7,637 nucleotides of DNA from a virus (Duplodnaviria > Heunggongvirae > Uroviricota > Caudoviricetes): IMG/VR virus record IMGVR_UViG_2877291059_000003. One strand, given 5' to 3'. The notes under the pieces were generated by a model. The model was not told the origin of the DNA. It made no database searches and was given only the letters and a program-made list of their open reading frames with translations. The translations under genes were made by a program, and so were the position numbers. Positions 1 through 6,155 of this stretch are shown one piece after another (position 1 is the stretch's first letter; every line of letters begins with the position of its first letter).

Positions 1-170
1 ATGGCCAGCGTTAACATTCATTGTCCTCGTTGTCAGTCTGCACAGGTCTACCGCCATGGTCAGAACCCTAAAGGCCATGACAGATTTCGCTGCCGTGACT
101 GCCACCGCGTTTTTCAGCTCACTGTTTTTCAGCTCACTTACACTTATGAGGCCCGTAAGCCGGGCATTAA
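1..170 (+). mobile_element. insA: IS1-family (iso-IS1-like) element remnant: 5' part of insA only, truncated internally at about nt 170
   Basis: Translation MASVNIHCPRCQSAQVYRHGQNPKGHDRFRCRDCHRVFQL...TYTYEARKPGI aligns with the N-terminal zinc-finger region of canonical IS1 InsA ([51 protein letters not shown]) at roughly 45% identity. After about nt 170 the frame (NVTFLVNDL...) has no InsA similarity. The IS left end would lie upstream of the window. Confidence 0.8.
108..137. repeat. Perfect 15-bp tandem duplication (gtttttcagctcact x2) inside the insA fragment
   Basis: Direct reading: 108-122 and 123-137 are identical. The duplication is in frame and repeats the peptide VFQLT in the InsA reading frame. 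Confidence 0.95.
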
Positions 171-253
171 CGTGACTTTTTTGGTTAACGACCTGAGCGC
201 ATCCAGAATGGCCTTAGCGTTATCCACCCTCGTTGTTACACCGCTTTTGAAAC

Positions 254-661
254 TCATAGCTGGCGACCGCCTGCACCGAACATCGTGATCAACTGATAAA
301 ATTCAGCGCCATATCGGGTGTTATTCCAGAAACCTTCGTCAGGATTCAGCGTCGCGCTGGTGTCATAGCTGACGCTTACCTTGTCAACGGACTTTGAGGA
401 CTGAACACCATTGGTTGAACCGCCCGGACCACCAGCCAGCATCGCTCTGCTGTCTGCCGCCCAGAGCGTCATGTAGTGCGCAACGAACAATCCGGCAAAG
501 TACGGAAACAACTTTTTGCCGGTGACGTTTTCGGTCAGCAGTTCATCGGCCAGATTCAGACGAAACTGGATTTGCGCTTCGGGATATTTGGCAGGGTCAG
601 CAAACTGCGGGAAGTCGCGGCGAAAATCACTTACCGCTGGCAGACTTTGATTCTTTGGCAT
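254..661 (-). CDS. Phage head protein, DUF4054-like (135 aa)
   Basis: ORF with GAGG Shine-Dalgarno about 7 nt upstream of ATG at 661. N-terminal pattern [20 protein letters not shown] ... AHYMTLWA and C-terminal YGAEFYQL resemble the small DUF4054 proteins usually encoded just downstream of DUF2184 capsid genes. Family assignment is from memory. Confidence 0.7.
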   Translation of the reverse strand: MPKNQSLPAVSDFRRDFPQFADPAKYPEAQIQFRLNLADELLTENVTGKKLFPYFAGLFVAHYMTLWAADSRAMLAGGPGGSTNGVQSSKSVDKVSVSYDTSATLNPDEGFWNNTRYGAEFYQLITMFGAGGRQL

Positions 662-848
662 TTTTTACCTCGTTACGCGCGTCTGTGGCTTTGCCAACGG
701 ATACTTCCGCGTGCGCACGAGTGAACCAGTACGTGGCAACGTCTTCCTCCACAACATGACGGCCTTTAACAAACTCGCGCCGAGAACCGTCGGGAAGCGT
801 GAGCACAAACGGGGTATGTACGTGTATTACTGCATCATTTTTTGCCAT
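627..848 (-). CDS. Small hypothetical phage protein (73 aa)
   Basis: ORF with AAGGA Shine-Dalgarno about 8 nt upstream of ATG at 848. Sits between capsid and DUF4054 genes; its 3' end overlaps the DUF4054 start by 35 nt. No recognisable family. Confidence 0.45.
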   Translation of the reverse strand: MAKNDAVIHVHTPFVLTLPDGSRREFVKGRHVVEEDVATYWFTRAHAEVSVGKATDARNEVKNAKESKSASGK

Positions 849-862
849 CGGGTCATCCTTAA

Positions 863-881
863 TGGCCCCGCCAGGGGGCCA
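863..881 (-). promoter_or_regulatory. GC-rich stem-loop (7-bp stem tggcccc/ggggcca, 5-nt loop) in the gap downstream of the capsid gene
   Basis: Perfect inverted repeat at 863-869 and 875-881, between the capsid stop (890-892) and the RBS of the next ORF. No U-tract follows on the transcribed strand, so it is not a canonical intrinsic terminator; could be an mRNA stabiliser or attenuator. Confidence 0.4.
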
Positions 882-889
882 TGTGGCTG

Positions 890-1831
890 TTAAATGCCAT
901 CAACGTACGAAATGGTTTCTTTGTACACTGGCTCGACTGCACCCAGCTTGCCGTAGTAAGTGACGATCTGATACAGACCGCGATACTGCACCGGCACGCT
1001 CTGAAGCGGAACCAGCGGGTAGCGGACGTATTTTTTATCGTTGGTGTACGCAACCATGCGATCCTTATTCCCCACACCACGGCCTTTCAGCCATTTAACC
1101 GCGCGGATATTCAGCGGAACACCGTTCTGGTGATAGCTGATGGTGTTGGTCTGAAGGTACGTCAACAGGGACTGGTTACCTGCAGATGAAACGATGATGC
1201 TGGACAACAGAGCAAACTGCTCAGGCAGGATCAGCAAATCACGCGGAACCACAGAGTAACCAGAAGCGGCCCACGCATCAGACAGCACCTGGTTAATGCT
1301 TGCGCGGATTTCGTCCGGTGTTGAGGTTGCCCACGTTTTGGCAGCGTTGTTGACAGGCACGCCGTCCAGGGTAACAAGGCCTTTCAGGTTTAATGCGGAA
1401 TCGCCAACATATACCTGTTCATCGTTATCCATCTGCCATTTCAGTTGCATACCGTCATACTTCTGCGTATCAATCGGGCGGCCGACCTGCTGAGCAGCCT
1501 GCAATTCTATGACCGTCCAGCCAAGTTCCATCCCCCACAGGTTCAGCGGGTTACCGGATTTGCCGATATCCACGTTCACGCCAGCAATAGCGGTTGAGTC
1601 TTTGCCTACCCAGTTTTTTCCATTCGGATTTGCGCCAGTACCCGCAGCGGCGAAGCTGGTATTCGTCCAGCTGGAAATGTCATCTGCGATGGAGACGTCT
1701 TCACGCAGTTGAATATCGCGGCTCCAGGTGTACCCCACCAGTGGCAGGTTCAGCGTCTGGTCGAGTCGCTCCAGCTCCCCGATGAGAAAGGCACCAGAGC
1801 TGTCAACGGTTGCCTGATCAAAAGTAATCAT
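890..1831 (-). CDS. Phage major capsid protein, DUF2184-like (313 aa from ATG at 1831)
   Basis: Large ORF in the capsid position of the head module (after scaffold, before DUF4054). ATG at 1831-1829 has an AAGGA Shine-Dalgarno about 8 nt upstream and does not overlap the upstream gene; the track's longer ORF begins at a TTG at 1855. Family assignment is from memory. Confidence 0.8.
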   Translation of the reverse strand: MITFDQATVDSSGAFLIGELERLDQTLNLPLVGYTWSRDIQLREDVSIADDISSWTNTSFAAAGTGANPNGKNWVGKDSTAIAGVNVDIGKSGNPLNLWGMELGWTVIELQAAQQVGRPIDTQKYDGMQLKWQMDNDEQVYVGDSALNLKGLVTLDGVPVNNAAKTWATSTPDEIRASINQVLSDAWAASGYSVVPRDLLILPEQFALLSSIIVSSAGNQSLLTYLQTNTISYHQNGVPLNIRAVKWLKGRGVGNKDRMVAYTNDKKYVRYPLVPLQSVPVQYRGLYQIVTYYGKLGAVEPVYKETISYVDGI

Positions 1832-1842
1832 TCGTCTGTTCC

Positions 1843-2349
1843 TTAAATCTTCCAAGAAATTTCTGCATTGCCGTCAGCATCACCGGCACCTGTGAATTCA
1901 GCGTTGGTCAGCACCACGTTTTTGCCACTGACTGACGTGGACATGAATCCACCCAGCGGCACTTTGATGGATTCATCAGTGGGGACGACAACGTATACCG
2001 GATCGCCTTTTTTGATAGTGCTGGCATCAAAATCAGAACCGAGAGTAACGGTCACGTAGCCACGCTTCATGGCGTCGCCCGGGAAGTTCTTGCCTGTTCC
2101 CACCTAGCGAACCATGTCCGGCTGCGACGTGGTCGGATAAGGGCGCACGTAGATCCCCTTCACCTTGTCTGCGGTATCACCATCTGCCAGCGGCACGAAA
2201 AAACCGTCATCATCGTATTTACCAGCCAGGCCATAGGCAGCGAAGGCGTTATCGGATTTAAGGACCACCGGTTCGACGGTTAAGTCCTGCGGGCGAGAGA
2301 CAGCCCCGGCAATGCCAACAGGCATCCGGTACAGAAATACATTATTCAT
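1843..2349 (-). pseudogene. Phage structural protein (~168 aa if read through) interrupted by an in-frame TAG at 2104-2106
   Basis: ORFs 2104-2349 (81 aa, AAGGG RBS before ATG 2349) and 1843-2103 (86 aa) are in the same frame, separated only by one amber codon (cta on plus strand at 2104-2106). The downstream part starts at GTG with no Shine-Dalgarno. Confidence 0.5.
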
Positions 2350-2352
2350 TTT

Positions 2353-3567
2353 TTACCCTTTACGGTTTGCCCAGAATTCAGCGTTTTGTTTGTTCAGGGA
2401 AGCGATACTGGTCATGCCCATGTTTAGGCGCTGTGCATCGCCGGTGGTGGCGCGGGTGTTTCGCCCTTTGGCAACCTCAGACACGGCATTAAACGCCATG
2501 TCGACCGATTGTTTCGGTAATTTGCGGATATCCGCATCACCGACTATCTGGCGAACCAGCGTTTTGTCAGCAGAAGCCAGAACCTCGCGTTTGAACGCGG
2601 TCGGTTTCATCTTACGGCTCAGATCGATACCCGGAACGATAACTTCGGCACGCCAGGCTGAGTCACCAGTAATCGTGGTTTCCTCTTCATTGTCCTCGCC
2701 GTCACCGGTCGGATTATCGTCAGGCTTATTATCGTTATCGCCCGTGGCATTTCTTTCCAGCTTAGTCAGCAGGGCTTTCAGTAATGTTTTGAGGTCATCA
2801 TCACTGTCGCCGGTTGGATCTCCGCCCATCTCTGGTGCTTTGTCCGGTAGTGGTTGCTGCGGGGACAGGTTGATGTTGAGATTAACGCCCTGCGGCAAAT
2901 CCCCCTCATCTCCTGTAACCGATGCGGGAGCCGACTCCACCAGTTCGTTCATGGTGTCGGCATCTCCTGTCTTGATGGCCGCACGCATGCGGTTCCACCA
3001 GTTTTTCTTTTGATTTGCCATTGTGTCTCTGTCTCCAATTGCACAACGATTTCCGGCTCTGCCTTTAGGGACAAGAGCCACATGGTTTCCGGTAATATCG
3101 ACCTGCTCGGCTTTACCTGGCTCGGTCTGCTCGTACTCCGCGTCATAGCCGCACGACACTTCGCGCAGGCCATCTTCGATAAGCTGAATGGCGCTTTCGT
3201 CTTTGACGATAAGGTCAGCCAGCATCAAATCAGACTGCTCACCCGTCCCGCGCCGGACATTCTGGAGGTGCCCGACAGCAAGCTCTTTCCAGTTCTCGGG
3301 ATTTACCAGCCGCACATTCCCGTTTTCATCTTCAGGATGCTGATGCTCATCCCTTCGAATGAGGCAAGCGTGGCCGGATGGAATACCTGCTCAGGAGAAC
3401 GCGTGACGACTATTTCACCAAACTTATCGGGTTTCAGTTTTGGCAGGTCATCAGCACCATAGCGCTGCTTACCTGTTCGTCCTATCGGCACGTCTTTGCA
3501 CAGCAACGAGCCGTCAGCCAGGCGGTATCGGGTTTCCCCGAGCCTGGTCTCAAAAAAAGTATTTCAT
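2353..3567 (-). pseudogene. Phage scaffold/prohead protein, DUF2213-like, disrupted by two single-nucleotide frameshifts
   Basis: ATG at 3567-3565 follows the upstream stop (3571-3573) by 3 nt and reads MKYFF then TGA inside an A7 run (3552-3558). The next frame continues [31 protein letters not shown]...ATLASFEG with no start codon of its own. At the C3 run (3351-3353) coding switches back to the original frame ([28 protein letters not shown]..., 320-aa ORF). One fewer A at 3552-3558 and one extra C at 3351-3353 would give a single ~404-aa ORF. Confidence 0.6.
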
Positions 3568-3570
3568 GGG

Positions 3571-4353
3571 TTATGCTGCCCTTTTCATTGCGAATGGAAC
3601 GCGAACAAACACGATCTCTTTATAGCAGCGGCAGTTTGGCAGCTCGCCCGCGTGGCCGGTCATGCCGTCCAAAGTTGGAGGTGAATCCCAGCGGACGAAT
3701 TTACCTTTCATGTGATCGTGGGAATCTCGGACATCGCCATCATCGGCTGTACGCCAAATATAACCATCCGAGCCAATAGCTATCGCTCGGGCCATATCCA
3801 GCGCGCCCGTTGCTCTTCCCAGTTCCGTTCGGGCAATCAGATCGGCCCTAGACTTAGCAACATCGCCGGTAGATGCAATCTCTTTAGCAAACTGCTCCGC
3901 CCGACCACCGGTGACAACAGCCTCTATCGCTTTGTTCTGGATGTCGTACACCCTGTCTGCGGCCTCGAGAGGCAGAGATTTGATGTACTTGACCTGTTCG
4001 GCGATGATGGATTGCATCACCTGGCCCACAGGAGCGCTTTCCACAAGATTGCGGAGCTCGCGACTGATGTTCTTGCTGTGTTGCCGCCAAACTTTCTCGT
4101 TCTGCCGGGTTAGGTCCGCAGTAAAGTTTTCCGCGACCTTTGTCGCCCAGGGGGTGATGATTTCACTGTAACGCTCCAGCGCCGCAATAATTTCCGTGAT
4201 ACTGTCATTTGAACCATCGTAGCGACCATTTACGATGTCTCCAACCGCCCTCGCTATCCTGCGTAGGCTGGTTCGATACCGGATTTCCGCCTGACAGCTC
4301 CTGCGGTTCGTCATCAGGTTCGCCGATGCCGGGCGGCGCTTCATCTTCGGCAT
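3571..4353 (-). CDS. Phage head morphogenesis protein (Mu F-like / SPP1 gp7 family), 260 aa
   Basis: ORF with GAGGA Shine-Dalgarno about 8 nt upstream of ATG at 4353. C-terminal region YIWRTADDGDVRDSHDHMKGKFVRWDSPP...HAGELPNCRCY matches the conserved pattern of Mu F-like minor head proteins, and the gene sits directly after the portal. Start is uncertain (alternative ATG at 4314) because the 5' end overlaps the portal ORF. Confidence 0.75.
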   Translation of the reverse strand: MPKMKRRPASANLMTNRRSCQAEIRYRTSLRRIARAVGDIVNGRYDGSNDSITEIIAALERYSEIITPWATKVAENFTADLTRQNEKVWRQHSKNISRELRNLVESAPVGQVMQSIIAEQVKYIKSLPLEAADRVYDIQNKAIEAVVTGGRAEQFAKEIASTGDVAKSRADLIARTELGRATGALDMARAIAIGSDGYIWRTADDGDVRDSHDHMKGKFVRWDSPPTLDGMTGHAGELPNCRCYKEIVFVRVPFAMKRAA

Positions 4354-5364
4354 TCTCGATGTCCTCGTCGGTAATGGATGCCCCGATGCCGGTTACGTCA
4401 GAATTTTCTCGCAAATCAGTCATAGCGGCTTTCAGTGTCATCAGACCATCACCCAGCGCCGTACTGATTGCGTTGGTGGTGTTTAACGCCACCGTTGAGC
4501 GATCGACATCAGACATTTGCCAGAGCGGGTTAAACTCAAACGTGAAATCGTCCGGCAGCGGCTTGCCAAGTTCCGAACGATGCATGATGTCCAGTATCCG
4601 CCGCACCGGAAGACGTAAACGCCTCTCCTGCAACGAACTGATGCGATCGTAATAGTTGGCAAGGTCTGCATCACCGGTAGAAAATCCTTTCGGGGACTGT
4701 CCGAACAACCGCACCAGTAGGATACCAACAGCGCCACTAATCTGTTCTGCAAACTGCGAAAGGATGTCATCCAGACCACTGAAGCTGTACTGATGGGTTT
4801 CAAACTTATCCCGCGAGTCCATGAGCGTCATGCCTTCATTACTCTGGAACTGTCGAATCAGGTCGATATTCTTCAGCAACGCTTCATACGCAGGACCACC
4901 AAGTGCGATAAGCTCGCGTAGCTTCTCCACGCTGTAGGTACGCAAATGCGCCTTGTAGACCAGCTGCGCCGCGCCGACAGTAGCGCTGTCGAACGCGGTA
5001 AGACGATCCCAGATACGCTCTACAACCGACATTCCCCATTCGTTCTCGGTCATCTTCTGCTGAAATGGCAACGTGACGCCATCAAAGCGAATCAGGCGAC
5101 TGTGATGAATGCGCCTGGCAGGAATTCCCGTTGCTGTGGTCACCACATCGTAAAACTCAGGTTTACCCAGGTCCGGCCCCATATCTTTAATGCGGCGGGT
5201 CAGTGCCGGGTCGACCATCCAGCGGTCGAGCGGGAGAATCCCCTTAAACTTGCCCTTACCGATGGTTTCGGGTCGCAGCGGGGTCATTGGTGCCTGCCCC
5301 TCAATCATGATGAAACCCACCGCGCCGCCGTAGAGGCGCGACCATTTCAGCACGTCATTCAGCG
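4205..5364 (-). pseudogene. Phage portal protein (DUF1073-like), 5'-truncated by the IS1 end at 5365
   Basis: Reading frame is open from the IS1 terminus down to the stop at 4205-4207 (about 386 codons) with no upstream start region. Position immediately upstream of the F-like gene and the acidic C-terminal tail (EDEAPPGIGEPDDEPQE) fit a portal. Roughly 100 N-terminal residues expected for this family are missing. Confidence 0.6.
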
Positions 5365-5545
5365 GGTAATGACTCTAACTTATTGATAGTGTTTTATGTT
5401 CAGATAATGCCCGATGACTTTGTCATGCAGCTCCACCGATTTGAGAACGACAGCGACTTCCGTCCCAGCCGTGCCAGGTGCTGCCTCAGACTTCAGGTTA
5501 TGCCGCTCAATTCGCTGCGTATATCGCTTGCTGATTACGTGCAGC
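5365..5545 (-). mobile_element. IS1 fragment: terminal inverted repeat (IRR) plus about 180 bp of the insB 3' region; insA-containing orientation is minus
   Basis: ggtaatgactctaacttattgatagtgttttatgttcagataatgcccgatgactttgtcatgcagctccaccgatttgagaacgacagcg... matches the IS1 right end read inward. Match ends at gtgcagc (5545). Confidence 0.85.
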
Positions 5546-5611
5546 ATTTAGCGGGTAATGACTCTAACTTATTGATAGTGTTTTATGTTCAGATAATGCC
5601 CGATGACTTTG

Positions 5612-5830
5612 GTGACAGCAGGCTCATAAGACGCCCCAGCGTCGCCATAGTGCGTTCACCGAATACGTGCGCAACAACCGTCTTCCGGAGCCTGTCATAC
5701 GCGTAAAACAGCCAGCGCTGGCGCGATTAGCCCCGACGTACTCCCACTGTTCGTCCATTTCCGCGCAGAACGATGACGTCACTGCCCGGCTGTATGCGCG
5801 AGGTTACCGACTGCGGCCTGAGTTTTTTAA
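5612..5830 (-). pseudogene. insB: IS1 insB remnant lacking its 3' third because of the internal deletion
   Basis: Region downstream of insA on the minus strand matches the IS1 insB 5' portion and the frameshift window; the C-terminal coding part is removed by the deletion at 5611/5612. Confidence 0.6.
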
Positions 5831-6031
5831 GTGACGTAAAATCGTGTTGAGGCTAACGCCCATAATGCGTGCAGTTGCCCGGCATCCAACGCCATTCATG
5901 GCCATATCAATGATTTTCTGGTGCGTACCGGGTTGAGAAGCGGTGTAAGTGAACTGCAGTTGCCATGTTTTACGGCAGTGAGAGCAGAGATAGCGCTGAT
6001 GTCCGGCAGTGCTTTTGCCGTTACGCACCAC
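5804..6031 (-). pseudogene. insA: IS1 insA lacking the first ~16 codons (no ATG, no promoter, first CxxC of the zinc finger missing)
   Basis: Translation [74 protein letters not shown] is near-identical to canonical InsA residues 17-91. The upstream IS1 sequence is replaced by another IRR copy at 6050. Confidence 0.75.
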
Positions 6032-6049
6032 CCCGTCAGTAGCTGAACA

Positions 6050-6138
6050 GGTAATGACTCTAACTTATTGTATAGTGTTTTATTGTTCTAGATAATGCCC
6101 GACTGACTTTGTCATGCAGCTCCACCGATTTGAGAACG
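6050..6138 (-). repeat. Third direct copy of the IS1 IRR-proximal end (89 bp), diverged from copies 1 and 2 by four 1-nt insertions
   Basis: ggtaatgactctaacttattgTatagtgttttatTgttcTagataatgcccgaCtgactttgtcatgcagctccaccgatttgagaacg compared with the identical copies at 5365 and 5554. It joins the IS1 interior through a 2-bp microhomology (gg at 6050-6051) and ends 17 bp before the sulfatase ATG. Confidence 0.8.
6068..6096 (+). promoter_or_regulatory. Candidate sigma70 promoter inside the third IS1 end copy: -35 ttgtat (6068-6073), 17-bp spacer, -10 gataat (6091-6096)
   Basis: Motif seen directly. In copies 1 and 2 the equivalent elements (ttgata ... gataat) are only 14 bp apart; three of the insertions in copy 3 lie in this spacer. 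Oriented toward the sulfatase gene (ATG 6156). No expression evidence. Confidence 0.3.
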
Positions 6139-6155
6139 GATCAAGGTAGGGTGTA

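Larger units (their letters stand above)
5554..6051 (-). mobile_element. IS1 copy with an internal ~190-bp deletion (junction 5611/5612) and no left inverted repeat
   Basis: Begins with the same IRR sequence as 5365-5422 (identical 58 bp), jumps at gatgactttg|gtgacagcagg to the insB interior, continues through the A6C frameshift site (ttaaaaaactc on the minus strand, about 5820-5830) and insA, and stops at ctgaacagg (6051), where the last ~60 bp of IS1 (IRL with insA promoter and start) should follow. Confidence 0.85.

Noticed and set aside
171-253. Possible 5' stub of the next phage gene after DUF4054 (GTG-initiated frame reading VDNAKAILDALRSLTKKVT on the minus strand)
   Set aside because: Only about 20 codons before the IS junction, the start codon abuts the putative Shine-Dalgarno with no spacing, and it is too short to assess.
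1-288. 95-aa ORF on the plus strand starting at the window start
   Set aside because: Only the first ~56 codons are InsA-like; the rest is read-through into phage DNA downstream of the DUF4054 gene. It is a chimeric frame created by the IS truncation, not a gene.
863-881. Hairpin as a rho-independent terminator
   Set aside because: No U-tract follows the stem on the transcribed (minus) strand; kept only as a possible regulatory or stabilising stem-loop.
1832-1855. TTG at 1855 as the capsid start (321-aa version)
   Set aside because: It overlaps the upstream gene stop and has no RBS. The ATG at 1831 has an AAGGA Shine-Dalgarno at the right spacing.
2312-3013. Serine-rich 233-aa plus-strand ORF, with other plus-strand ORFs at 476-724, 881-1189, 1296-1493, 2854-3462, 3378-3779, 3712-4113, 4209-4652 and 4946-5386
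   Set aside because: All lie antisense to minus-strand phage genes that have RBSs, family-like sequence and coherent gene order. None has a convincing RBS or recognisable sequence; they are shadow ORFs.
3303-3506. 67-aa ORF as an independent gene
   Set aside because: Starts at TTG with no RBS, and the frame is conserved-looking upstream of that TTG with no start codon. Interpreted as the middle segment of the frameshifted scaffold gene.
5383-5706. 107-aa plus-strand ORF spanning the IS1 copy 1 / copy 2 junction
   Set aside because: It is antisense to insB sequence and crosses the duplication and deletion junctions; it is an artefact of the rearrangement with no RBS.
5365-6138. Repeated ~60-180 bp blocks as a CRISPR array or other repeat locus
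   Set aside because: The repeats are IS1 terminal sequences of unequal length with IS1 coding sequence between them; there is no short regular repeat-spacer periodicity.
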